NCBI GenBank assembly: GCA_977017645.1
Contig: CDRNVU010000074.1
Location: 1,984,001-2,048,000, forward strand
From: Torpedo marmorata
Lineage: Eukaryota
Length of the DNA stretch: 64,000 bases
Direction of reading: 5' to 3'
Part shown: piece after piece, positions 38,274 through 50,776 of the stretch
Position numbering within the stretch: the first letter of the stretch is position 1
How the letters are laid out: every line of letters starts with the position of its first letter
Notes under the pieces: model-generated
Databases searched by the model: none
What the model saw: the letters and a program-made list of their open reading frames with translations, nothing else
Told to the model about the DNA's origin: nothing
Translations under genes and position numbers: made by a program

Positions 38274-38607
38274 CAATGAATCCCCGGATGATCCATTTAG
38301 ATGTATTTTATAAGTAACATTATATTACTTTCTTTTTTCTTTTTTCTTTTTTTTTTGTAGATTTTAGAAAGGGTAGGGAATGTAAGAGGAGGGAGTGGTA
38401 GAGGGTGGGATTAGAAATATTAAGTAATAATTTTAATTTGAAATGTTTGAAAAATGTTATAAGGGTTTGGGGATTAAGGGAAGGGGTAGATACACTATGT
38501 AATACAATATAACTATAACATATTTTTCTGTAGTTAATAATGTATATTATTCATGTATGTATTACTGTGTGAAAATTTAAAATTTAAAATAAAATATTTC
38601 AAAAAAC
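38274..38607 (+). mobile_element. L1 3' UTR and poly(A) remnant
   Basis: Similar to 20820-21078 (TATTACTGTG..GAAAATTTAAAATT..AATAAAAT..AAAAAA). Confidence 0.7.
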
Positions 38608-38609
38608 AG

Positions 38610-40490
38610 GAAACCATGCTGATTCTGCCTACTTTACCGACTGGCTCCAAGTGCCCTGAAACTTCATCCTTGTTTAAGTTAGACTAAAGGACTTGTAATT
38701 TATTATCTTTTGCCACCTTCCCGTTTTTAAGGAGTGGAGTGACATTTGCAACTTTCCAGTCCTCCGGATCCACTCCCAGATCACTATCAAAGCCACGACC
38801 ATCCCCTCAGCTACCTCTTCAGGAAATCTGGGGTATGGTCAATGTGGTCCAACTCAAAACGTTTGTCTGCAAAATTTTAAAATCTCTTTTGCTGCACTGT
38901 GAATATTATTATCTCTGTTTTTGTACTAAAGTTCATTTTTCATCCAATGAAGCTACCATTTGAATTTTCAGCTGCTCTGCTTTACAAAGTAACTCTTCAG
39001 CTGCAGCAAGTAAGAATTTCAGTGCATATGTACATTGTCCAATGTGGATGACAATAAAATAATTTCTCACTTTCAGATGGAATGGTGCAATGAGTGGGCC
39101 AAGGAGGGATTCGAGGAGGACTCTGGCACGATGTTGTCATGGAAGGTTTCATTGAGAGGAGAGATGGAGATTCAGTGTTTGTTTTCCTGGAAGCAGAAGA
39201 GAATGAAGGGGACCGTATAATGATGGAGAAGGTGATGAGAGGCACAGACAGGGGAGATAGTAAAAAAAAACTATTCCCCATGGCAGTTGTTCAGGGAGAG
39301 GAGGAGAGGTTGCGAGGGTGTCTGAGGAAGAATTTAAATTTTCCCTCAGAGAGTGGTCATATCTGGAACACACTGTCTGAGGGGGTGCGGTGCAGGCAGA
39401 GAGTGGAGCAGCATCTGGATGAGCAGTTCAATCACCAAGGCACAGGAAGTTACACACCAGTCGACAGATTGACAATGGTCGGCACAGACGTGATGGGCCC
39501 AACGGCCTGGCTCTCTGCTGAACAGGTCTGTGACTGTGAACATGGAAACCTGGGGCACAGCACGTCAGGCCGGACTCCCCTGAATCATTCAGAACCCAGG
39601 ATCTCAGGGTTGTATGTACGTACTCTGACTATTGAATCCTGATATATAATTACCAATACCTCAAAATCCACAGCTACGTCTTTCAGAATTCAAAGGTGCA
39701 ATCCATCTGGTCCGGGAGACGTATCTACCCTTAAACCATTCAGCTTTCTGAGCACCTCCTGCCTTGTTATAGTAACTGCAGCCACTTCCATTCCGTGATA
39801 CCCTTGGACATCCGGCACACTGCTAATGTCTCCCACAGTGAAGACTGATGGAAAATACTCATTTATTTCCTCTTCCATCTCCTTGTTTCACATCATTATT
39901 TCGCCAGCATCGTTATCATTATTTCGCCAGCATCGTTATCTGGTAGTCCTAAATCTACTCTCACCTCCCGTTTACTCTTTATAAGCTTGAAGAAGCTTTT
40001 TGTTTATTTTCTGTTTTAAATTTATAAATACAGCACGGTAACAGGCCCTTTCGGCCCACAGGCCGGTGCCACCTAATTACACCCAATTGACGTGCAAACT
40101 CCTTACAGAAAGCGGCAGATTCGAAACCGTGTTTCTGGCGCTGTAACAGTGTTGCACTAATCGCTATACTAACCGCGCCGCCCCTCTTTCTGCATCCTCT
40201 TTAATATAATTTGCTTGCCTACTTTCAAACTTCACATTTTCCGTCCCTGTGTGTCATTAGTTGCTTTCTACACGTATTTAAAAGCTTCTCAATCTTCTAT
40301 CTCCCAACTAATTTTTGCTTCCTTGTTTGCCTTCTGCTTCTTCATTGGCTTTGACTTCCCTTGTCACCCTCAGTAGTGACATTTGTTCATTCAAATTTTT
40401 CCTCTTTTTTGGTGTGTATCTCTCCTGGACCTTCCTCATTTCTCGCTGAAACTCCTCAATTTCTGCTCTGCCGTCCTCCCTACCAATGCA
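38610..40490. mobile_element. Old CR1 fragments in both orientations
   Basis: For example, the minus ORF 39690-39878 reads LRVDTSPGPDGLH, and a CR1 3'-like segment lies at 39200-39540. Boundaries are approximate. Confidence 0.6.
40025..40184 (-). mobile_element. tRNA-derived SINE with CR1-like 3' tail
   Basis: The minus strand starts GGGGCGGCGCGGTTAGTATAGCGATTAGTGCAACACTG..GGTTTCGAATC (A/B boxes) and ends GGGCCGAAAGGGCCTGTTACCGTGCTGTA, like CR1 3' ends. Confidence 0.75.
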
Positions 40491-43400
40491 TGCAGAAGGG
40501 GTTGATGCTGTAGCGGGAGTATCAACTGAGTCGGTGTGGGTGGAAATCAGAATTAGGAAGGGAGAAATCGTTGTTTTGTGAGTGGTTTACAGGCATACCA
40601 ATAGCCTTCATGGCAGTGACGAACAGAGAAGTGGGCAGATTTTGGAATGGTGCAGAAAAACAGGGTTGTTGTAATGGGAGTCTTCAACTTACAAAATATT
40701 GACTGGCATCTCCTTACCGCAAGAGAGGTAAATGGGGGAGAATTTTCCAGTAACGATTCCTGACGCAGTGTGTGCAGCAGCCGCTAAGAGGAGAGGTCAC
40801 AGGCCATACTGTATCTAGTACTGGTAAGGAACCTGGTCAGCTGAGAGACCTCTCGGTGGGGGAGCATTTCGGTGATAAGTACCACATCTCCCTACGGATT
40901 AGCACAGCAAGGATAAAAGCAGACAAAATGGTAATGCGTTTAATTGGGAATGTTAATTACGATTGAATGAGGCATAAACTAGGGAGAGTGATGTTCTCGG
41001 AACAAAAAGTATCCAAAATAAACCAGGAAATTATAGGACGGTGAGCCTGACGTCAAGAGTGGGTAAATTATTAGAAGGTGTTCTAAGATATCTGATGCAC
41101 AAATATTTGGATAGCCAGGGACTGATTAGGTATAGACAACATAGTTTAGTGCGTGGTAGGTAGTGTTTATCCAAACATATAGAGATTTTGAGGATGTTTC
41201 CAGGAAAGTTGATGAAGGAAAGGTTGTGGATGTTGTCTTCATGGACTTTAGTTAGGCATTTGACAAGGTCCCATCTGGGAGGTAAGTCAGGAGGGTTCAT
41301 GGTGATGTAGTAAACTGGAATCGACATTGGCTTTCAGGAGAAGTCTGACAGTTGTAGTGGATTATTGCTTCACATTATGGAGGCCTGTTACGAGTGGTGC
41401 ACCTCAGGGATCGGTGCTTGGAACATTGCTGCTTTTAATCTATATCAATGATCTGGACGATAATGTGTTAAATTGGATGAGCGTGTTCGCAGATGCACAA
41501 AGATTTGTAGGCGTTTTGGACAGCGAGGAAGGCTTTCAAACGTGCAGAGGGATCTGGACAAGCTGGAAAATGGGCTGAAAATGGCAGATGGAACTTAATG
41601 CAGACAAGTGTGAGGTGTTGCCCTTTGGATGGATAAACCAAGAAAGGACGTGCACGGTAAATAGTAGAGCACTGAGGAGTGCGGTATAACAGAGTGATCT
41701 TAGAATACAGATACATGATTACCAGAAAGTGGCGTCACAAGTGGTCAGGGTTATTAAGAGAGCGTTCGGCATATTGGCGTTCATAAATCAAATTATTGAG
41801 TATTGGTGTTCGAATGGTATCGTAAAGTTGTATAAGACATTAGTGCGGCCAAATTTGGAGTATTGTGTATTGCTTTGGTCACCGAACTACAGGAAGGATA
41901 TCACTACGATTGAACGCGTGAAGATAATATTTACTAGGATGTGGCTCGGACATCAGGAACTGAGTTGCAGGGAAAGGTTAAACAGGTTAGAACTTTATTC
42001 CCTGGAGCGTACAAGAATGATGGGAGATTTGAGAGATGCATTTCAAATTAGGAGAGGTAGAGGCAAAGTAAATGCAAGCAGGCTTTTTTTCACTGAGTGC
42101 AGGTAAGATAAAAACCAGAGGGCCTGGGTTACGGATGAAACGTAAAAAGCTTAGGGGTATTATTAGATGGAACTGAGAGTGTTGGGAGTGTGGAACGGGC
42201 TTCCAGCTGAAGTGGTGAATGGGGGCTCAATTTTAACATTTGGACAGGTACGTGGATGGGAGAGGGACGGAGGGCTATGGGTTGGATACAGGTCAGTGGG
42301 ACTCAACAGATTAATAGTTCGGCACAGACCAGAAGGGCCGAAGGACACGTTTGTGTGCTGGAATGTTCCAAAGTTCTGTGGTTCTGTGGACTAAGCACAG
42401 AAGTAATGTGGAGGATATATAAGAACCACCTGCGCATGTTGTTGGACAGTTTGTACCACTGAGACAGCAAGAAATGGTACGAAAAGGAAACCTTGGTTGA
42501 CAAAACAGGTGAAGCAGTCAGTTACGAGGAAGAAGGAAGCATACGTTACGTTTAGGGAGAATAAAAACTGTAAGGGCTCATGAGAATTGTATGGTAGCAA
42601 GGAACGTACTTAGAAAATGACTTACGAGTTCTAGCAGGGGCATAAAAAGGATTAAAGAAACCCCTCGGCATTCTATGCATATGAAGAAGGATGTCGCTTC
42701 GGGATAAAGAAGACAACATGTTCCTGAAGGCGAAGGACGTTGGGGAGCTCTTAAATTATACTTTGCGTTTGTAATCACCAGAGGAAGGGACCTATCTCAA
42801 GGTCAAGTGAGAATAGAACAAGCGATCTGCTGAACCATGTCGGGACTAAGAAAGATGAAGTGCTGGATCTTGTTAAAATATTAGGATCGATAAGACCCAG
42901 AGGACGGACGAGATATACCCCAGGTAGCGACGGGAATGGAGCGAAGAGATTGCCAGGGCGTTGGCAATGATCCTTGAAATTTTCGTGGTCACAGAGGAGG
43001 TGGCGGAAGATTGGAGAATGGAAAATGTCGTGCCTTTGTTTAAGATAAGGAGCATCATGGGAATTATAGATCAGTGACTCTTAAATCAGTCGTGGGTGAA
43101 CTATTGGAGAGGATTATTAAGGACAGGAACATATACCGTTTCGAGTACAGTCTTCTCAGGGATAGTCAGCATGGATTCGTGACGTGAAGGCCGTGCCTCA
43201 CGAGCCCAATTGTGTTTTTGAGGAGTTAACTAAAGAAAGTGATGAAGGTATACCGGTATATGTGGTGTATTCGGATTTTAGTAAGGCATTTGACAAGGTC
43301 CCCCATGGGAGATTCGCTCTCAAAGTAATGAAGCATGTGTTTCCTGGAACCTTGGCTGTGTGGATTGAGAATTGGCTTCTCTGCAGAAATCAGAGAGCAG

Positions 43401-44985
43401 AGGTGGACGGGAAGTATTCGTCCTTGAGGTCAGTGACGAGTCGTTTTCAGCAGGGATCTGTTCTGGGACAACCCACCCTCCCTTCTTCGTGATTTTTATA
43501 AATTATCTGGACGAAGATGTAAAGGGATGGGTCAGTCAGTTTAGGGATGCTGCAAACGTTGAAGGTGGGGACTGCGATGAAGTTTGTCGCAGCTTACAAG
43601 AGGATGCATACATGATGAGGAGATAGGCCGAATAATGGCAGATGGAGTTTCATCCGCATACGTTTGATGTGATGCATTTTGTAAGGTCAAGATTGAAGGC
43701 AGAGGATACGGTCAATGGTGGGATACATAACAGGGGGACCTTGGGGTCCAAATCCAGAAATCCCTCCAAGTTTCCGAAAGGTTATTAGGATACTTCAGAC
43801 GGACTATGTTATGCTAAACTACATTAGTCGGGGGATTGAGTTCAGGACTCGTGAGGTGATGTTGAAGCTCCATAAGTCTCTACTGAGATCTCCCTTAGAA
43901 TATTGAGTTCATTTCTGGTCACTTCATTACAAGAAGGATGCCCTCTTGTTTGAATCTTCCCCTCTCTCAATGGAAAAAGCCTCTACACATTGACTCTATT
44001 TTTCCCCTTCATAATTTTAAATACCTCTATCAAATCACCCCTCAACCTTCTACGCTCCAGGGAATAAAGTCGCAGCCTGTTCAACCTTTCCCTATAACTC
44101 AAACCCAGAAACCCAGGCAACATTCTTGTAAATCTCCTAGCACTCTCTCTATTCTGTTTATATCCTTCCTGTAATTCGGCAACCAAACCTCCGCACAATA
44201 TTCCAGATTTGGCCTCACCAATGCCTTATACAACTTCAACATGACATCCCAACTCCTCTATTATATACTCTGATTTATGAAGGCCAACATACCAAATGCC
44301 TTATTCACCACCCTATCTACGTGATCTGGATGATAATGTGTTCAATAGGATCCGCAAGTTTGCAGATGACCGAAACATTGGAGGTGAACGAGTGCAGAGG
44401 AGATACACAAGGATGATGCTGGGACTTGATCAACTAAGTTACAGGAAAGGTTAAACAGGTAGGTCTTTATTCCTCCTTTTACCGTAGAAGAATGAGGGAA
44501 TAGAGGTATACAATATTATGATGGGTTTAACTAAACGAATGCAAGCAGGCTTTATCCATTGAGTTTGGGAGATGTACGAAATAAACGATATGTATTCGGG
44601 TGAAATGGGAAAAACATTAAAGGGAGCTATATGGAGAACATGTTCAGGCAGAGAGTTGTTGGAGTATGGAACGAGCTGAACTGGTAAATTCATACTCAAT
44701 ATGGGGAACATGTTCAGGCAGAGAGTTGTATGGAACGAGCTGAACTGGTAAATTCATACTCAGTATGGGGAACATGTTCAGGCAGACAGTTGTATGGAAC
44801 GAGCTGAACTGGTAAATTCATACTCAATAGTGACGTTGAAGGAACATTTTTACAGGTGCATGGATGGGAGGGGTTTTGCGGAATTTGATCCATATGCAAG
44901 TCAGTGCTACTGGGCAGAATGATAGTTCGGCACAGAATAGAGGGGCCGAAGCGTCTGTATCTGTACTGTAGTGTTCTATCATGCT
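40490..44985 (+). mobile_element. Stack of degraded CR1 elements (+ strand) with a minus-strand CR1 piece at ~43936-44320
   Basis: Motifs APQGSVLG, EYCVLLWSPNYRKD and SDFSKAFDKVPH are present, and the minus ORF at 43983 reads LERRRLRGDLIEVFK. Confidence 0.8.
44631..44829 (+). repeat. Three-unit tandem repeat (70, 64, 64 bp) within a CR1 3' region
   Basis: ATGG(A/G)GAACATGTTCAGGCAG...GGAACGAGCTGAACTGGTAAATTCATACTCA units start at 44631, 44701 and 44765. Confidence 0.9.
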
Positions 44986-45019
44986 ACGGTATATTTTTAT
45001 TTCAATTGATGCGAATTGA

Positions 45020-45480
45020 GAGACGAGGTAGTCACTGGAAGCTGGAGTGACCTCTCCAGGGCGCAAGCCAGGGCACAGTTGATATGGAGATCCGTCTGTT
45101 GCCCATGAAGTGGGACACCCTCTCCATGTTATTGACAGGTCCAAAGGAACGGCGAATGTCGATACAGTTTGGAGCCAGCAGCATCGCAGGAGTTGTCGTG
45201 CCGGTGCTGGGTACAGCAGTCAGCCGTCCTCGGGACTCCGACTCCGGATTGTTCCTCGGGGTTTACTCCCAAAGCCTTTCCCGTGAGCGGGTATAGCCAC
45301 AAGGCAGCGGAGATTTGAAATCGGAGTTTTCCCTCTCCTAGATGAGTTACCATCCGTGGTTAACGAGACCCATCTGCCCAGAGCAACTGGTTTCAAGCCT
45401 TTGCTCCTTCTCAAATGAGTGAGAACAGCTCCGCCGGACATAAGAACTGTGCCACGCGTGGAGTTGGACTTGGTTGTCAG
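45020..45480 (-). mobile_element. Probable RTE-clade LINE 5' UTR fragment
   Basis: The minus strand reads CTCATCTAGGAGAGGGAAAACTCCGATTTCAAATCTCCGCTGCCTTG..GGGAGTAAACCCCGAGG...GCGCCCTGGAGAGG, resembling RTE 5' UTRs. Recognised from memory only. Confidence 0.5.
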
Positions 45481-45507
45481 AGTCTGTTTGTGACCCATGC
45501 CATGTGT

Positions 45508-45728
45508 NNNNNNNNNNNNNNNNNNNNNNNNNNNNNNNNNNNNNNNNNNNNNNNNNNNNNNNNNNNNNNNNNNNNNNNNNNNNNNNNNNNNNNNNNNNNN
45601 NNNNNNNNNNNNNNNNNNNNNNNNNNNNNNNNNNNNNNNNNNNNNNNNNNNNNNNNNNNNNNNNNNNNNNNNNNNNNNNNNNNNNNNNNNNNNNNNNNNN
45701 NNNNNNNNNNNNNNNNNNNNNNNNNNNN
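45508..45728. other. Assembly gap (N run)
   Basis: Run of N. Confidence 1.
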
Positions 45729-46165
45729 CTGACCATTTGGATTGTGGACGGTCCGCAGGAAGGATGACGTCTTTTGGAGTACACACTGGGACCAGGTTAT
45801 GAAAGAGTTAACATGCGCAGGACTTGGTGTACCCAGAGAGAGAGGCACATAGAGAGAGAGACAGGCTGTGGAAAATATACTTTATGCACTTTTGCAAAAG
45901 CAGGTGCAAACCTCTGCAAAAAGCATTCAGTTTGGAGTTGCAAAAGCCTGAAGCAACAACACCAAAACCAGGCTTGTGCATTCCAGTATAAAGATTGGGA
46001 ATATAGCACGAGGCGTCTTGTATCAGCTAAATCCTGATGTAAAGCAACTTTCGTGGGGAACAGGCGTGAGATCAGAGGGACAGGCTGTGAGATCCAAGTA
46101 CACGCCTCAATCAGTGTTATACTGATGTGGAACAGCAATCCTCGTGCACCTACAAAAATGGAACA
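45729..46165 (+). mobile_element. Partial, more diverged family A LTR
   Basis: CTGACCATTTGG...GCACTTTTGCAAAAGCAGGTGCA...GAGATCCAAGTACACGCCTCAATC. The 5' end lies in the gap and the 3' part is missing. Confidence 0.85.
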
Positions 46166-46511
46166 ACAGCGGAAGAAAAGCAGGCAAATCATACGTAATC
46201 AGTGGAAATCAGTTGTGCATACTTCCAACTTTCAATGTTCATAATTGACATTTATTGCCCGTTTGCATACATGATATCACGTTCAAACGTGAGATTATTC
46301 TTCCTGCGGACCAGGCACAATTTCTTCTTATTTGTAACAGTACGCTCCACGCTCGAGTCATGGTACATATAGAAGAGAGAGAAATGCAACAAAAAAGAAC
46401 TGTAAACACACAAACTTCAAATACAGAATACAATTAATATTTTCAGTAATAATTAACGTTTAAAATGAGAAACCTTAAATAAGTCGCCGATGGAATCTGT
46501 TGTTTCGTGAT

Positions 46512-47551
46512 CTAGAGTTGGAGGGGTAACAACTGTTTGTCGACCTGGTGGCACGAGTCATGTGCTCCGCATACATATTTTCTTATGACAGCAGCGAGCA
46601 CAGAGCCTGTCGTGCGTGGTGTGGTTTCTCGATTTGCTCTTCTGCTGCCGCTCTGGAGGAATCTGCTTATCGCTAATATTGGATACTTCAGAAATCGTTT
46701 CAACTCCTCTCTGAACTTGTGCTGAGTCGCTGCGTAAATACAGGTGTTTGTGCAACAGCTGAGAAACAGGAGCATATATCCCACCTCCTGCATGATAAAC
46801 ACCGGGTCGCTGTAACCCGAGTAATACAGGGTGTTTGTGATCCGGTAGTAAACGAAATGAAAGACAAACGTCAGCCACAACAGCACAAAACTGCCGGAAA
46901 CCGTGAAAAGTAAAATGATGGACTTTTTCCTGTTCTCCATTTCAGAGTCCTTGGAGGTCTCCGGGTTATTGTGACGACAGAGAAATCTACGCGCTCTGCT
47001 CGCCGCCACAATGAATCTAACGGTCAGTACATTGAGCGACACGATGAGAACGAAGGGCAGGAAAGGGGTTGCGATGCTATTGAAGGCTGAAAATATTACC
47101 CACAACGGGGCGGTGTAGAAACTGGATTTTGTGTGACAATACCACGGCCTGCCGTTCGTTATGTACAAGGGTTCAAACTTAAAGTACCAGGGGATGTTTT
47201 GCAAGCACCCCAGGGCGAATACCGTCCGAACCACAGCGGCCGCCACCTTTTGCCTGCAGTACCTGTGTTTCAGTTTTCGCCAGCAAATAGCTACAAAACT
47301 ATCGAACGTGAAAGCGACTGTTAACCAGACTGAAACGTCCTGGGAGGCGTAAATTAGAACCATTTTTAAACTGCACATCGGCGTGATCGACAGGTAGCTA
47401 CCTGGAAAATAGATACCGACTATCCTGTTGAGTATAACTCCAGTGATTAGGACGAGAAGGTCGGCCGCTGCCATTCCCACCAGATAGCAGGTGATGCATT
47501 TGGAGAGGCCGCATTTTCCCCGGGACAGAATTACAATGGCGATAACATTGG
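46512..47551 (-). CDS. GPR139/GPR142-like class A GPCR, exon 2
   Basis: Acceptor TTTTCTTTCAG|CC (phase 1), then ANVIAIVILSRGKCGLSKCITCYLVGMAAADLL...WLTVAFTFDSFVAIC...DSEMENRKKSIILLF...LSCCTNTCIYAATQ, open to the stop at 46512. Paralogous to 1443-2805. Confidence 0.92.
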
Positions 47552-47814
47552 CTGAAAGAAAACGAGATGAAATAAGACGAAGTGAAATAAGAAATAATTC
47601 TAGCTACTGCCAAACTGAAACCACACGAAAATTGGAGGAACAACCCGTCATATAACGCCTGGGCAACATCCAACCGGATGGTATTATTATTCCAATTTTC
47701 CGCTGATCTCGTACCCTGCCCAACAGAAACCCTGAATGGGATGGGCGGCTTATTCCGACTCGTACGCTTCAAAATGCCTCTATATTACAGCACTGGACCA
47801 ATGCTAAAAGGGAT

Positions 47815-48130
47815 ACAGTGAACTTCAGATGCAGCAGTGTCAGGAATTTAATGTGCGGGAAGCAACTACGTTATATGAAAAAATGTGCGAATATTTAATG
47901 TTTTAACCAACATGGGATTTAAAAAAGGTACACGAATAAATCGGATTATGTGAAATTTAACAGCGGCTGCAGACTTTCGTGTTTCACGCCAATGATCAAT
48001 CGTTTACAGTGAACCTCAGAGGCAGAAGCGGCAGAACGTTAATCTGTAGTACGCAAAATGTTATATTGAAGAAAAACGGCCGAATATTGAATATGTCCAC
48101 GCATATGGGGTACTACAAAATATAACGAAT
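47815..48130 (+). repeat. Diverged intronic direct duplication (period ~191 bp)
   Basis: ACAGTGAAC(T/C)TCAGA.GCAG at 47815 and 48006, each followed by similar GTTATAT..GAA..CGAATATT segments. Confidence 0.6.
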
Positions 48131-48306
48131 CGATAAAATTAACAGAAAAGACACATTTGCGATGGATAATGGAGAATGTCCGTTACTTTTCCGGGTCTGG
48201 TACCTCATTCCCTATCCTGGGGTGGGGAGGATAGGGGAGATAAACGCCTACAGTCGTGCCTCTCACCACGGGTTCCGAAATTATCAGTTCAACAGTGCGG
48301 TGATGA

Positions 48307-49802
48307 CCTAGTCAACAGAAAATTTGAAGAAATTCATCCATTTGTCACCACTCTGCAAAATGTAGTTCCAAAACCAAATTTTTCCAACACTTTAAATAAA
48401 TAATTCCACTCTAATCTATCAAAAGACTTTTCGGCATCTACTGTTAATACTAGTGCTAATTCCTCTTTCTTTTGTGCCACATTTATTAAACTAATTAATC
48501 TGGCAATATTATCCTTCGAATATCTGTTATTAACAAAACCTGCTTGATCTACATGGATTAAATCTGGTAAATATTTGGCCGCTCTATTTGCTAAAATTTT
48601 CTCCATTATCTTATAATCCACATTTATCAAAAGTATAGATTGTTACAGAGGATAATGCCTAAATTAGGAATTCATAAATCAAGATTAAAATGACAATCAG
48701 ATTTGAATGTAACAATAGATGAGGAACATTGGAAAGAAATATGTAAACAAAGCATGACGAAGATTATTAACGTTAGATATAGGTTGGTGAAATATAACAT
48801 TTTGCATCAATTATATTTAACACCTACGAAATTAAAGAAATTTAATCTGACATTATCAGGTTTATGTTTCAGATGAAATAGAGACGAAGGTTCTTTTTTA
48901 CATTCTACATGGCTTTGTCCAAAGATATATGATTTCTGGTTGAAAGTTAAAGGTTTTTGGACAATGTATTAAAGATTACACTCCCAATGGATCCTATGAT
49001 ATTTTTGTTGGGAGATATTAAAAGAATTAGTACTAAAATGAGATTAAATATGTATCAAATAGAATTTTTGCGAATTGCTTCAGCTGTGTCTAAGAAATGC
49101 ATTGCTATTACATGGAAGTTTGATGTAGATTTAGGGTGAGAGAGATGGCATACAGAACTTCGTTTAGCTTTTCCACTTGAAAAAATACTTATAATTTATG
49201 TACCAAATATCATTTATTTTTGAAAATATGGAGCCCATATATAAAAACTGTCGTTTTAATGATTTGACGATCTCTGGATATCAGATCTGACTGGCGAACC
49301 TATCGTCCACAATAAAATTAGCTTATAGTTGTTCTTTTTAGATNNNNNNNNNNNNNNNNNNNNNNNNNNNNNNNNNNNNNNNNNNNNNNNNNNNNNNNNN
49401 NNNNNNNNNNNNNNNNNNNNNNNNNNNNNNNNNNNNNNNNNNNNNNNNNNNNNNNNNNNNNNNNNNNNNNNNNNNNNNNNNNNNNNNNNNNNNNNNNNNN
49501 NNNNNNNNNNNNNNNNNNNNNNNNNNNNNNNNNNNNNNNNNNNNNNNNNNNNNNNNNNNNNNNNNNNNNNNNNNNNNNNNNNNNNNNNNNNNNNNNNNNN
49601 NNNNNNNNNNNNNNNNNNNNNNNNNNNNNNNNNNNNNNNNNNNNNNNNNNNNNNNNNNNNNNNNNNNNNNNNNNNNNNNNGGTGGGAGGGCTAGGGAGGG
49701 AAGGGAGGGGGTGAAAATATATCACATGCATTTTGAAAATTTTGCATTTTATAATATGTGTTATCGAGTGATTTAAAATCTTAAATAAAATATTTGTAAG
49801 AA
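48307..49802 (+). mobile_element. L1 insertion with 5' inversion and 16-bp TSD, in the GPCR intron
   Basis: A minus-strand RT piece at ~48335-48633 (INVDYKI..DQAGFV..DAEKSFDRLEW) abuts a plus-strand ORF2 C-terminus and 3' UTR/poly(A). TSD AACAGTGCG(G/A)TGATGA at 48291-48306 and 49803-49818. Confidence 0.85.
49344..49680. other. Assembly gap (N run)
   Basis: Run of N. Confidence 1.
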
Positions 49803-50099
49803 AACAGTGCGATGATGATGGACTTGGACCGCAGAAAGCGTGCAGGGTGACCTGGATCGTGTGATGCTGTTTCGCATAGCACACCCCAGAGACGTCAGGG
49901 ACTGGGTCTTCTAATCCACACGTTTCACTGAAGGGCTGGAGGCTAAAACGCTCACCCGTTTGATAGCGGTGCCTGATTTATATTCTAAGTAGCAACCCGT
50001 TATGCGACACAATGCCAAGAGGTTGGTAAATTGACTACGCATCTTATAAATATATTTATGAGGTGCCATATGTTCCCGGTGATTATGTGTTGGTCTTCA

Positions 50100-50690
50100 C
50101 TGACCACAGCAGTATAAATAGGCAATTCAGCCCATCGATACTGACCCGCCATTCAACCATGAGCGGATCCATTCTCCCCCTCAGCCAAACTCCCCGGCCT
50201 TCTCCCAATAACCTGGCTCATCAAGAACATCTCAGTCTCTACATATGTATACCTACTTTCTTGGACAACTGCCTGGGGAAATAAAGTCCACAGATTCACC
50301 ACCCGGTAGCTGAAGATTTTTTTCCGCATATCTGTTCTAAATTGACGACCTTCAATCCAACCCGTTTTATCCGATAATCTCGTACCAGCCTTTTTACATC
50401 TTTACTGGACACGACTTTCAACATTCAAAATGCTTCAATGAGATCCCCCATATCCGCCGAAATTCAAACGAGTGCAGGCCAGGAGCCGCCAAACGATCCT
50501 CATATTATTTCCCCTTCATTCCCGGAATCATCCTTCAGGATATCTCTCTAACGTCAGCACATTCCTTCTTAAATGAGAAGCATAAAGTTGCTCACAATAC
50601 TACACGTGAGGTCTCATCAGTGCCGTGTAAAGCCTCAAAATCACATCCCTGCTCACATATTCTATTAGTCGTGAAGGACCGTTTCAGATG
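50100..50690 (-). mobile_element. Old CR1-type 3' fragment in the intron
   Basis: AGGCAATTCAGCCCATCGA, TCCACAGATTCACCACC and TGCTCACAATACTACACGTGAGGTCTCATCAG are reverse-complement CR1 3' motifs. Confidence 0.6.
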
Positions 50691-50776
50691 CTCAACTCAG
50701 CAGACGCAGTTACACAACATATGCAGCAACATTTTCACAAAAGACGCACATTTCAATTGTGATTTCAAGCTCATAC

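Noticed and set aside
39094-39642. 182-aa ORF as a host gene
   Set aside because: It overlaps degraded CR1 3' sequence and has no recognisable domain or splice context.
39894-39940. 23-bp direct duplication CATTATTTCGCCAGCATCGTTAT
   Set aside because: A simple slippage duplication in an old CR1 fragment, with no sign of function.
45330-45480. HDV-like ribozyme at the putative RTE 5' end
   Set aside because: Plausible for the clade, but I could not identify the nested double-pseudoknot pairings by eye.
45220-45848. ORFs spanning the N run (also 49318-49884)
   Set aside because: Artefacts of assembly gaps.
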